DNA from: Guillardia theta CCMP2712
Lineage: Eukaryota > Protista > Cryptophyta
DNA: 64,000 nt
Assembly (NCBI RefSeq): GCF_000315625.1
Contig: NW_005434662.1
Coordinates: forward strand, 340,307-404,306
Direction: 5' to 3'
The first letter of the stretch is position 1; each line of letters begins with the position of its first letter. The notes under the pieces are model-generated. The model was given only the letters and a program-made list of their open reading frames with translations, was not told the origin of the DNA and did no database searches. The translations under genes and the position numbers were made by a program. This document shows positions 1 through 15,757 of this stretch, piece after piece.

Positions 1-273
1 ATCAATGGGCGTGCAGTGACAAGAGCAGGAGCAGGTGCAGCAGGAGCAGCAGGAGCAGGAGAGAGGGGAAGAGAAGACAGAGGGCAGTGAATATTTGGGA
101 GATACTCTCCGAAAGCAGAAGAGAGATGCTACGTACTGTTCCTGGTTGCTGTGAAATGGAAGCAGCACCGTTTTGACCTGTCATCAGAAACAATCAAGTT
201 GCTGGTTGAGCCGGGGTCTCAAGACGAGCTGTGAAAAAGCAGTGAGATTTCAGTGAAACACTCGAAAGATAAG

Positions 274-2526
274 ATGGCGGAAGGCAGAAGCATCATGGAG
301 CGTCTGAGGAAGAGCACCAAAGTGGGGTCCATTCGTCGCGACGATGCTATGATCCGCGAAGCCCTGAACAAGCTCAAGGATGACGGGGATCTCATTGACA
401 TTCCTCCTCCTCTCAAGTCAGAAATCGTGCACGAGAGCCCGGTGCAGATGACTGATTTCCTCAGGAACTATGTGCCCAAGTACGTGTTCTTGACCGAGGA
501 CGACCTGATGATTGGGAACTCCGACGGCACTGTGGTCAACCATATCATAAGCCTGAATGACATCACCAGGATCCGTCACTCCAACGTCGACGAGTTCTTG
601 GAGAGGAGGGCAGAGTACAGCAACACGTTCGAGGAGGAGTGCCTCAGCGACTTTGACGATGCAGTCCTGGAGGTCGTGACAGCGATGTTCAGTAACAGCT
701 TCGGGAGGTCCTTCTCGTTCAAGTTCCAGGACAAGTCGGAATGCAAGACTTGGATCAAGGAGATGCAGAGCCTGAGGAAGAAGGCTCTGATCAAGGCGCA
801 CGTGAAGGGGACATCAAGGATACGCACGCTGCAGTACCACCTCAAGCTCTTCTACGACTCCGACTTCCTGCAGTACCTCGTCGCGCTGTTCATCTTCCTC
901 AATTTCCTCACCAACGTCCTACAGTCCGAAATCTCCCCGACGACCGACAACAGCAAGACGGCCGCGCTCTTTGACAACCTTGACCTGTGCTTCACCGTTA
1001 TCTTCACGGTCGAGCTGGTTGTCAACATGACCGCTAACTGGTTCAAACCGTTCTTCGAGAGCGGTTGGAATTTCTTCGACCTTACAGTCGTGGGCGTCTC
1101 CCTGGTCGCGCTTTTCCTCAACGATGTGCCCGGCCTTTCCCACCTGAGGCTCATGCGAGCTTTCCGTGTCGTGCGCCTCTTCGGCAGGCTCGCCTCCCTC
1201 CGTCAGATTATCAACGCCCTGACGGCCTCGATCCTGCCCGTCTTCAACGCCTACATCATCATGCTGCTCGTCACCAGCATCTACGCCATTGTCGGCGTCA
1301 CCTTCTTCTCCCAGACGAGCCCTGAAAAGTTCGGCACCTTCTCCCTCGCCCTCTTCACGATGTTCCAGGTGGCGACGGGAGATGGGTGGGCGTCGGATAT
1401 CAGCCGGCCCTTGATCTTCCAAGACAACCCGAACTCGATCCTTCCAGATGTCAACATCGCGTCCTCCTTCTTCTTCGTCTCCTTCGTCGTCATCGTCGGC
1501 TGGTCGCTCCTGCAAGTTGTCGTTGCCGTCATGCTCGACAACTTCACTGCCGCTGCCGACAAGGAAAAGAAGAAGATTTTCCAGGAGCAGGAGTACAAGC
1601 ATGGAGAGCCATTCTCCCTTCACGCTCTCGATCCTGTCCTCGAGTCCCTCTCGGCCCACAGCTCGACCGAGCAGTTGACCAGCCGCATCGCTTCCCTTTT
1701 CGCTGCCATCGATGACAACGGCAACGGGACTCTGAGCTTTCCCGAGCTGCGGCAGGGCTTCCAGAAGTTCCCGCTGCTCCCCAAGATCACGCTGAGCAGG
1801 GACGACTTTGACGAGATCACCTGCAACGGGATGATGTGCAACGAGGACGGGGAGGTGACAGAGGACGGCTTCCAAGGGATCATGCGCATGCAGCTAGCGC
1901 TGTACCTGCAGCGGCAGCTCGCCAACGCGATCCACCTGGCGGAGGTGAACGACTCGGAGAACCTGATGATCATGAAGACCCTCAAGATCATGTCGCTCAT
2001 GATCAACGACCTTGGCAGCCAGATGAGCTTACTCAACCCCCACGGGAACATCTACAACCTCAAGAAGATCGAGGAGGAGAGGAAGAGGCAGTGGAACAAG
2101 GAAGGGCTCCACGGCGACCATGACGAGCTGCTGGTTGGGAAGCTGCATCGCAATGGAGATGTAGGAGCTGGGGAGCACGGCATCAACGGGGATGGAGGAG
2201 CAGGGGCAGGGGCAGGGGCAGGAGGAGAGAAGAAGTTCGAGCACAGCATGTCTGACGGACAGCGGTTGAAGGAGCAAGCGAAGGAGGAGAGGGAGAGGAT
2301 GATGAGCAGCGAGGTGGAGGGGGACTTGCGAGATCGACTTGCGAGGATCGAGGGGAAGCTGGAGAAGGTGGATAGGATTGAGGCGATGTTGGAGAGACTC
2401 CTTGCGGCCCAGTCCTCCTCCTCCCTCCTCTTCCCTCCAACGACCCGCCAAGCAGGGTCTCGCGAAGTCAGGAGATCGTCGGACGTGCCGGTGAGCAGGG
2501 GGGATGTTTCGTATTACAACGTGTGA
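274..2526 (+). CDS. Single-domain (1x6TM) voltage-gated Na+/Ca2+ channel (EukCat/BacNav/CatSper-like) with N-terminal PH-like domain, EF-hand pair and C-terminal coiled coil; intronless
   Basis: Uninterrupted ~750-aa ORF, first ATG at 274. S3 WNFFD, S4 LRLMRAFRVVRLFGR, pore FQVATGDGWAS, S6 VVVAVMLDNF. EF loop DDNGNGTLSFPE. PH-like end GRSFSFKFQDKSECKTWIKEM. Terminal coiled coil LARIEGKLEKVDRIEAML. Confidence 0.9.
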   Translation: MAEGRSIMERLRKSTKVGSIRRDDAMIREALNKLKDDGDLIDIPPPLKSEIVHESPVQMTDFLRNYVPKYVFLTEDDLMIGNSDGTVVNHIISLNDITRIRHSNVDEFLERRAEYSNTFEEECLSDFDDAVLEVVTAMFSNSFGRSFSFKFQDKSECKTWIKEMQSLRKKALIKAHVKGTSRIRTLQYHLKLFYDSDFLQYLVALFIFLNFLTNVLQSEISPTTDNSKTAALFDNLDLCFTVIFTVELVVNMTANWFKPFFESGWNFFDLTVVGVSLVALFLNDVPGLSHLRLMRAFRVVRLFGRLASLRQIINALTASILPVFNAYIIMLLVTSIYAIVGVTFFSQTSPEKFGTFSLALFTMFQVATGDGWASDISRPLIFQDNPNSILPDVNIASSFFFVSFVVIVGWSLLQVVVAVMLDNFTAAADKEKKKIFQEQEYKHGEPFSLHALDPVLESLSAHSSTEQLTSRIASLFAAIDDNGNGTLSFPELRQGFQKFPLLPKITLSRDDFDEITCNGMMCNEDGEVTEDGFQGIMRMQLALYLQRQLANAIHLAEVNDSENLMIMKTLKIMSLMINDLGSQMSLLNPHGNIYNLKKIEEERKRQWNKEGLHGDHDELLVGKLHRNGDVGAGEHGINGDGGAGAGAGAGGEKKFEHSMSDGQRLKEQAKEERERMMSSEVEGDLRDRLARIEGKLEKVDRIEAMLERLLAAQSSSSLLFPPTTRQAGSREVRRSSDVPVSRGDVSYYNV

Positions 2527-3132
2527 TGAAATGCTGTGAACCATGCTGCCTCGGGTGCAAGCGTTGCTGCCCTCCCCCTTAACTCCTCCCCTACCACCCC
2601 CTCCTCCTTCCGCTCCTGCTCACTTCTCACCAGCCTCCTCTTGCTCTTGTTTGTCCTGTCCTGCCTCTCGCCTCCTCGCTCCCATTCCTCCTCCTTCAGC
2701 TCCTCGTCCTCAAAAGTATTTCATTTGGCCAAGAAAATTGCTCATCATGTGTCCTCCTCAAACAGCAGCTCCTTCCCATCCCGCGACGCCTGCAGCTCCT
2801 TTCACCTCCTGCTCTCCTCTCCCTCCTGTTCTCCTCCTGTCCTGCCTCCTCCCCGTCCCTGCTCCCCGTCCCTTTCCAGCTGCCCTTACGATCCCAACTC
2901 CCTGTCGTCTTCCTCCGCCTCTACTCCTCACCTGACGTGCGATGTGCATCGTCTCTCGCTCGATCAAGTTTCTCTCGTCGTCCAGCTCTCCCCATCTGCC
3001 GTTGACAAGACAATCAGCAAGGAGGAGCAGCAGGCGCAGCAGCTCACGTTCCCTCCCTCCCGCTCGTCAGAGGATTCGAACATTGGTGCTCGAACGAGCA
3101 GCGCTGAACAAAACCGTCAGTTCTCCTGCTCT

Positions 3133-3207
<75 letters not shown>

Positions 3208-3230
3208 TTCCTGCTCTTCCTGCTCCTGCT
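3133..3230. repeat. (CTCCTG)n hexanucleotide microsatellite
   Basis: Direct reading of tandem CTCCTG units. Confidence 0.95.
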
Positions 3231-3292
3231 CCGTTCCTCCAAAAGCCGATCACCTGTTCGACACCCTTCCAGCAACCTCCCTCCCATTCCAC

Positions 3293-3453
3293 CTACAATC
3301 CTCCTCCTCCTCCTTCTCCTCCACCACAAGATACCAGGCCGATCCTAATCATGTTCCGCACAGCCAACTTCAATTTGTCGCAAACCTGCCTAGTTTCAGA
3401 GGAAGCGAGGACCGAGATGGTAGAAATGAAGGAGGAGGACGAGGAGGAAGAGT

Positions 3454-3530
<77 letters not shown>

Positions 3531-3957
3531 CAGGAGCAGCAGGAGCAGGAGCAGGAGCAGGAGGAGCAGCATGAGGAGCAGGAGGAGATTGAGCAAGCAA
3601 TGAGGAGGAGGTTCGAGATTACATCGTCCAATCGATCAGCAGTGATGCAGCCATAAGCAAGGCGCAGGTAGCCTGATAAAGCATCCTTATCCTTTCCTCC
3701 TCCTTGTCCTCCTCCTCCTCTGTTACCATCCATGCCGAAAGCAGAACCAGGTGTGAGCTGAAAGACGATCAGGAGAAGAGACAAGAAGAGGAGGAGAAGG
3801 AAAAGATGTAGAGAAGGTTTAGAACAGAGAGAAGTTAGAGGTTGTTTGGAGCAAAGAAGTACCAGGAGTCCATGGTCGTTGGCAAACATGTCTATCATGC
3901 GGATCTCGTCGAGGATTGAAGGAATTTTGATCATGAAGTAGAAGGCTCCCTGCGTGA

Positions 3958-4025
<68 letters not shown>

Positions 4026-6470
4026 CGTGAGGAGGAGGAGGAGGAGGAGGAGGAGGAGGAGGAGGAGGAGGAGGAGGAGGAGGAGGAGGAGGAGGAGGAG
4101 GAGGAGGAGGAGGAGGAGGAGGAGGAGGACGAAGACGATGGTGATGATGCAAGGGCAGGGAAGGAGATGGGAGGGAAAGGGAGGTGAGGAGAGGGGGAGT
4201 GAGGCGAGGTCAGGATGTCACCTGAGACATGAATGGGTTGAGGGGCTCGAGAACTTCATAGATCTGTCCTGGTGGTCACGGCAAGAACCAAGATGTACAT
4301 GACACCAGCAACGAGTACATCTGTGTGGAAGGGATGGAGGGGCATGCAGGCAGGAACAGGCATGAGCAGCAAGATATGGGGAGCAAGATAAGAGGTGCGA
4401 CGGCATCTGACAGAAACTTCTTCCTCCCTCATCACTCACCCTGCTGCGGATGGGAATGAGTGACTTGACCTGCGTGTATGTCAGCCCCCGACCTCTCGCT
4501 TCATCTGGCATCTACATTCTCTCGAACCCAGCTCCTCCCGTAGTCCAACGCCTTGAGCGCAACTTTCTGCAGTCTCTAAGTCACTGCGGTTGCCCAACAA
4601 GCAGAGCGTTGCGGGGAGGACACGCCTCCGCATCCCCCACATCACCTGCGCCAGGACTGTTGCCATAGTCAGGATCGTGTCCTGAACTTTCAGCATCGCG
4701 CTGGTAAGGTGGGAAGGATAAGCGACGTAACCTGAGGAAGGTTAGAGTAGCAGTTCGCCAAGGGGTGAGCCACCGATGCGCCATCCCGCCATCCCATACG
4801 CCTTGGACATGCTGCACGTCCGTCAAGACTGAACTTTTGATCCTTCCCTCCTCTCACTCTCCTCTCTTCCTCTCTCCTCTCTCTCTTCATCGTTGATCTT
4901 TCCCCCCTTACCCCAGCTCGATCTCACTTTCTAACATTCTCCTCCCCTCTTCATTTTCTTCCTCCCAAATCCTGTTGGACGCTGCCATGACCTGCCTTGC
5001 CCCCGCACCTGTAGATATTGATGACTCCATCGTCTGCTGTCGGAGAGACATGCTCCGCCCCGTCGTACGTGAAATATCTGCATCGCACCTCGTAAACCTC
5101 AGGCATTGCCTTTCCCTCCTCCTTCACTCGTAGGTCTCGTCGCTGACCAGCCAGATCTTCTTGGAGGCACAGATTTCAACGAGCCTGCCGGCAGAAAGAG
5201 GAGAATCAGTCGCACAGGTAGATGTCCGGCGACAAGACTTGGAGGAGGTTGAGATTTTCATTTCCTCACTTGTTCAACGTGTCACTGGATATCAAGGCTC
5301 CAGACGGGTTGCCGGGCGTCACTATGACCGCCATCTTCACTGCAGGAGAAAGCCAGGTGATGACGCTTCAAATCAAATAAACATCACATCACATTACATC
5401 ACTTCACTTCACATCACTTCACTTCACATCGATTCAAGGTGTTGACGGGAACATGTCTTATCAACACAACAACGCAAGAAACGACGCCAGGATCTCAACA
5501 CGATTGGGAACAGGCGTTCCACCTCTTTGCTGATTCGCCTCTGCCGCCTTGAGGACTTGCCGAAGCTCCGCTAGGTCCTGCGGCAACAGCTCAGACCACA
5601 GGAAGAGGAGGAGATTTTGGTGGTGGACGAGGGAAGGGAGAACGGGGTAGACAAGGAGGGCTCACAGGTTCAAAGTTGCTCTCGCACGAGACCTCTATGA
5701 CTTTGGCTCCTGCAGTAAGGGAATCACGACCCTTCTCCTTTCCCCAGTCCATCCTCACCCGCCAACTCCACGGCGACTCGGTGGGAGTAGTAGTAGGGTT
5801 TGAACAGCACAACGTAGTCGCCAGGATCACAGACGGCGAGCATCACATTCACGAAGGCCTGGTTGGCTCCTGCTGTCACCATGACTTCCTTTCCCTCAAT
5901 GTTGTTCTCCCGCTTCAGCTTCTGCTTCAGCTTCTCCGTCAGTGCTTGCAGCCCTTCGCAGTCCCCGTATCGATGCAGCTCCGGATCGCCCTTCTGCAGG
6001 AGGCGGGTTGCCTCCTCCATGCAACCGGGAGGAGGAGGCCATGAAGAGGATCCTGCTGCAAGGTTGACGACCCCGGGCTTGAGGTATCTCTTCGAAATCT
6101 CGTCAATAACAGCGGCCGGAGCACGAGCTGCGCGCGAGGACGAGGTGATGCCGACGCTGAAGCTGGGGGATGCAGCGAGGTCGGCGATGGAACGACGAGA
6201 CGGCGATCTGCTCAGCTCATCCTCTTGAGGGACAGGATGCGGCCCTCGTGTATCGCAGGAAGCGGCGGCGGGGATAGCTATCTTCGGTGGGTCTACGTTG
6301 AACAAGAGATGGCGGTGGCGGCGCAGGTGGAGAGAGCGGGAAGAGGAGGAAGAGCGGAGAGAGGAGGGAAGGCGAGTGGAGAGGAGGGAAGCGTCTCGGC
6401 ATCTTTCGCCTGCTTCTGCCATGAGTACCAGCGCCATGGCTAGCCATAGCCGCATCAGCCTCATCGCCAT
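3293..6470 (-). CDS. PLP-dependent class I/II aminotransferase, ISS1/VAS1-like, multi-exon, with signal peptide plus transit-peptide-like presequence
   Basis: Spliced exons give VMVTAGANQAFVNVMLAVCDPGD, VIVTPGNPSG, WLVSDETY, PLP-lysine motif SMSKAYGMAGWRIG/Y (~4780-4815), GAFYFMIK and TPGSAFGMDG/YLRLAYG. The 3' end is uncertain (possible extra exon near 3070-3105). Confidence 0.88.
3453..3570. repeat. (GCAGGA)n hexanucleotide microsatellite, intronic
   Basis: Tandem GCAGGA units inside an aminotransferase intron. Confidence 0.95.
3957..4128. repeat. Compound (GAT)n-(GAG)n microsatellite, intronic
   Basis: Direct reading. Lies between aminotransferase exons IYEVLEPLNPFMSQ and GAFYFMIK. Confidence 0.95.
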
Positions 6471-6791
6471 GTTCCGGCCGCCCAACTCATCCCCCTCACC
6501 CCCATCATCCTGCCCCTCATCCCCACTCATCCCCCAATTCATTCAAAACCAGCACACCGGCAGACCAGAGTTGCATGTGAAGTGCTGGTGGGGCCATGGC
6601 GCGATCGGAAGATGCCGACGACGGCGGTAGGCTCTCGCGCACGATTGCGAAGAGAGGGAGGGGAATGGCATGTGAATGATCGATGTGCGAGGATGCTGTC
6701 TGCGAGCAGCCGCGTGCTCGGTCGGACGCAAGACACGTCCTCTGCTGCTGCCCCTTCGTACCTGTTTGTTGGTATCCCTTCGCACGGTTTT

Positions 6792-9684
6792 ATGCCGCCC
6801 AAAGGCAGGCGCGCTTATGAAGTCTTGATCAGATGTGCGATGATGTTTCCGTGATGTTGCCTGTGTCACTTGTTTCGCTCACATGCCTGATCGCTGCTCA
6901 ACAGAGATACAAGTGACCAAGAAGGTGAAGGTGAAGCCTCCGTTTGCGCCCTCCAGTCCCTTCGCTTCCTCAGTTTCGCAGCCTTTCGCTGATCTGCATT
7001 GCCATGCTCAGGGGCCAAAGGGAGTGAAGCCGCCAGTGCAGGACCAGCATCAGGCGCTCATTCGCACAATCAGGTGAAACTCCTGAGAGCAGCGGAAGAA
7101 GCGTGTGAACGTCCTGTGACTCAAGTTGCAGCGACATCATCAGCGAGCTCATGGCATGTCACAAGGCGGGCAAATCTGTGAATATCACGAAGCTGAAGCA
7201 GCAGTGCGCGAAGAGGAACGGCATGCAGGTAGAGCAGGGGCGATGCTTGCTCGTCTCCTGACTCGGTTGCGCTGCGTTATAGGGCATCCCGAAGCTCACT
7301 CAGATCATTGCTGGAGTTCCCGAGCAGAGCAAGAAGCAGATCGTTCCTCTCCTGAAGGCAAAGCCTGTCCGAACAGCCTCTGTGAGCCTGGCCTGCTGCT
7401 CCTCGTGCCTCCTCGTGACGTTCTCCTCAGGGCATCGCTGTCGTGGCTGTCATGTCAAAACCTCACCGCTGTCCACACATCGCCATGACAGGCAGCTAGA
7501 ACCTGCTTGCTGCGCTTCCGTCTGAACTCTCAGTACCTCTAGGAGGAGTCTGCGTCTACTGTCCCGGCGGTCCAGACTCTGACTTCGAGTACTCGACACA
7601 GGTAGGAAGTGGGAGGGGAGGTGATGCTGCGATGTGTTGATAGTCTCTGCTGCAGTCGTACACGGGGTACGAGCCGACGAGCATGCGAGCGATTCGTGCG
7701 AGATACGATCCCTTCTTGCAGACAAAGAGCAGGTGCTGCTGACCCGCTGGCTCCCCGACGTTTGATGGCTTCTCCTCCAGGATCGATCAGCTGCAGAAGC
7801 TAGGGCATAGTACGGACAAGGTCATACAATCGCTCTCCTGTTGTCAACCTGAGCAGCAGGGACAGGTCGAATTCATCCTGATGGGCGGAACATTCATGTC
7901 TCTGGACAACGAGTACAGGTTGTAACGAGATGCCGTCCGTTATCGGTCTGCAGGAGATGTCCTTTCTTCCTCTTCAGTTCTTCCCTTGTTGCCTGTCTGT
8001 CTGTCTGTCTTGATTCTTGTTTTCCTCCTCTTCCTCTTACCATTCGGCACGATCAGAGACTATTTCATCCGCAACCTGCACGATGCGCTCTCCGGCCACT
8101 CGTCGAACTCGGTGCGGGGCGATGGCCTGGGCCTCCCCTCTTGCTCCCCTCACTGCTGCCGCCAGGTGGAAGAAGCAATCAAGTACTCTGAGCAGAGCAA
8201 CAGCAAGTGTATTGGCATCACAATCGAGACTCGTCCAGACTACTGCCTCAAGGTGAGCGAGGAGAGAAACGGGCGATGCTTGTTGACCCCAGCTCAGCCC
8301 CACCTGAGCTCGATGCTGTCATACGGGTGCACCCGACTCGAGATCGGCGTGCAGAGCGTTTATGAGGACGTGGCGAGGGACACCAATAGAGGGCACACGG
8401 TGAAGGCTGTGTGTGAGGTGAGAGGAGGAGGAGGAGGAAGAGGAGGAGGAGGAGGAGCAAGCAGGAAGGTATGCAGGTCGGAAGGAGCAGAGGACAAGGA
8501 TGGTGCTGCAGAGGAAGGAAGAGCATGCGCGCTAGAACGTGGGAGGCAGACAGTTGATGGGCAGGGCGAGAGGAAGGGCTGACTGTGCGAGCAGTGCTTC
8601 CAGCTAGGGAAGGACGCGGGGTACAAGATCGTAGCCCACATGATGCCTGACTTGCCCAACGTCGGGTACGAGCGAGACATGCGGCAGTTCCGAGAGTACT
8701 TTGAGAACCCCTCGTTCCGCACGGACGGACTGAAGCTCTACCCCACCCTCGTCATCCGCGGCACCGGGCTGTACGAGCTGTGGAGGACGGGGAGGTACAA
8801 GAACTACTCGCCCGAGCTGCTCATCGACCTGGTGGCTCACATCCTAGCGCTGGTCCCGCCATGGACGCGCATCTACCGCATACAGCGCGACATCCCCATG
8901 CCCCTCGTCTCCTCAGGGGTCGAGCACGGCAACCTCCGAGAGCTGGCGCTGGACAGGATGAAGGAGCTCGGGCTGCGCTGCAGGGACGTGAGGACGCGCG
9001 AGGTCGGGATCCAGGAGATCCATAAGAACGTCAAGCCTGAGCAGGTGGAGCTGATCCGGAGGGACTACGTGGCCAACGGCGGGTGGGAGACTTTCCTGTC
9101 CTACGAAGACCCGATCCAGGATATCCTTATCGGCCTCCTGCGACTCAGGAAGTGTACCAAGGAGGGAACTTTCCGCCCCGAGCTGACGCAGGGGTGAGTC
9201 CTTGTTGCTCCCTACCTCTATCCCTCTCGCACCCCACTCTCCTCCTCCTCCTCCTCCTCCTCCTCCTCCTCCCTCTCTCTCTCTCAACCTCCCTCCCTCC
9301 CTCCCTCCCTCCCTCCCTCCCTCCTTCCCTCCCTCCCTCCTCGTCTGTAGCCCCATAATCCCGCTTCCTCGTCTCCCGATCACTCACTTTCATCCATCCC
9401 CGCCCGTCCCTGGCTTCTCCAAGCTGACTCCCAGCTACAGGCAGTGCTCCATCGTGAGAGAGCTGCACGTCTACGGGACGGCAGTGCCGGTCCATGCGAG
9501 GGATCCCGCGAAGTTTCAGCACCAGGGCTACGGGACGCTGCTCATGGAGGAGGCGGAGAGGATCGCCAGGGAGGAGCACGGGTCCTCCAAGATCGCGGTC
9601 ATCTCGGGGGTGGGGACCCGGCACTACTACAGGAAGCTGGGGTATGAGCTGGACGGGCCTTATATGTCGAAGAACCTCTTGTGA
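6792..9684 (+). CDS. ELP3: Elongator complex protein 3 (radical SAM + KAT), multi-exon
   Basis: Spliced [110 protein letters not shown] and [18 protein letters not shown]...[16 protein letters not shown]. The start at 6792 (MPPK) is inferred. Confidence 0.97.
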
Positions 9685-9691
9685 TGATCCG

Positions 9692-13860
<4,169 letters not shown>

Positions 13861-14078
13861 GGAGGGCACGTCGCCAGTTCAAGGGGATGGAGCTCGAGGA
13901 GGACACAACGTGAGAGCTAGGAGAGCGCTTCTGTGTGCCCGCTGGATCGCGCGAGGCGGTGGGGAGGGAGGGAAAGAGCAGGGCAGTCGGGAGGGTTTCC
14001 TCACAGTCCTTTTTTGTTTGTTTTTTAGGTTTTACAGGGATGGGGAGGAGGGGCGACAAGGACAGGGAGGGAGAAATT

Positions 14079-15482
14079 ATGGCGCGCATGCGTTTCCTAG
14101 CGCACGTCATGGTAGTCGCGTCCTCCTTGAGCTGTGCCGAGCCATGCGGGCAGGGGGATACTGTCACAGCAAGTACGAGAGCGCGCGCCATGATAGCTAG
14201 CAGCCGAAAGCTCTGTCATGAGAAACCTTGGAATGCTTCCCCTGTCATTCTGGAACGTTCGCCAGCGAACCTATGGCACAGCACCCCTGCCTTCCTCTAC
14301 CAGTCTTCATCTCTCTTCCTCCTATGTGCTCTGATACCACCTGCTTTCTATACCCTAGCATGCTGTCTCCCTTGCTGACCCTCACTCCGCAGGAACGACC
14401 GCTGCGTTCGCCCCCGCGCTCTCCGCCGCTCTCCTTCACAACAAGAAGCAGCTGGTACTCCGGGTCCGCGGCGCATCGCAAGCGACCATGAGCGATGTCA
14501 CGTTATACACAAACAAGATGTGCCCGTTCGCTCAGAAGGTGAGGAGCCATGGTAGCCTGCCGGTCGCTGACGAGGGAGGAGGCGTGGATTGCTCTAGAGG
14601 AGAAGAAGGTGAAGTACGACCTGGTGGAAATCAGCCTGTACGGAAGCGGAGGAAAGCCTAGATGGTTCCTCGACATGAACCCGAAAGGGCAGGTCCCAGT
14701 CTTGAAGCATGGCGACAAGGTGGCCCCTCGTGTCCTCATCGCTGGTGACGTGACAGGAAGCAGGTTGTCGTTGAATCCGACGAGATCTTGAAGTACATCG
14801 ATCAGCACATGGGCTCGACTGGCGACCTGTGAGCATGCTTGCCGTTTTCCTTCTATGAAGGGCCTTCACACTCACCCGTGCCTTTCCATCAGGACCAAGG
14901 GACATGAGAGCGATGTCGCTGCATGGATGAAGTTCCTTGGAAGCGAGGTCCTCCCATCAGGGAAGGCTTTGATCAACGGATACGGATCCAAGACTTCTCT
15001 GAATGTACGAACTTCATGGCTTGATCAGACCGATCTGCACTTTGATGTTTTTGAAACACCAACAGGAGGCGCTCCGTAGGATGGAGGAAAGGATTCAGGG
15101 ACCCTTCATCTTCGGGGGAGACTTCACCTTGGCGGATATAGCTTCAGCTCCGTTCTTTCAACGTATGATGACAGAGCAGGCAAGGCTGGGGTAAGCACAG
15201 AGCTCTAAGCATGTCCGCGAGTGACAATACCCCCCCCGGCAAACAGTTTGAACCGACAGGAGTACCCCAAGATCTTCGCATGGTACGAGGCCATCAAGGT
15301 GATTGCCCTCCTCCTTCCTCCTCTCCTCCTCTCCTCCTCTCCTCCTCTCCTCCTCTCCTCCTCTCCTCCTCTCCTCCTCTCCTCCTCTCCCACTTTCTCT
15401 TCCTATCTTGTCACGAGTATGCTGCCAGGCCAAGCCTTCCTTCAGCAACACCGTCGTCAAGTCCTGGTGGTGGTGGTGGTAA
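14079..15482 (+). CDS. Cys-type glutathione S-transferase (omega/lambda/DHAR-like), probably plastid-targeted
   Basis: Spliced LYTNKMCPFAQK/AWIALEEKKVKYDLVEI...MNPKGQVPVLKHGDK/VVVESDEILKYID, FTLADIASAPFFQR and WYEAIK/AKPSFSNTVVKSWWWWW*. Presequence TTAAFAPALSAA. The first exon and start are uncertain. Confidence 0.88.
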
Positions 15483-15757
15483 CGCCTCCCCCTCGTTGGA
15501 GTATAGTCCGAAATGACTTCTTTTCGATAATTAACTAGACGTTTATTGAAAACTATCCTTTTCAGCAATAAGATATATCCGATTGTTTACTACACACACG
15601 TCCAGGCGCACGTCTGCGCATGTCCAGCGGAGGGAGACAAAAGTCAAGGGGTGCCCTTCGCAAGTAGCTAGTGTATCTTTCCCTTCCTCCATCTCCCTGC
15701 TACCCCCTTGCTGCTCCCTCGTGACCATCGCCTGTGCTCACTCCCTCCTCCCTGCAC

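Noticed and set aside
919-1875. 318-aa antisense ORF, and a similar one at 25211-26170
   Set aside because: Shadow ORFs caused by GC3-rich codon bias on the true coding strand.
2536-3574. Long + strand ORFs (270 aa, 210 aa) with poly-L, SC and AG runs
   Set aside because: They are produced by microsatellites and pyrimidine tracts, overlap the aminotransferase 3' end in antisense, and have no domain content.
3931-4302. Poly-D/E, poly-M/R and poly-H/P ORFs
   Set aside because: Translations of an intronic (GAT)n(GAG)n repeat.
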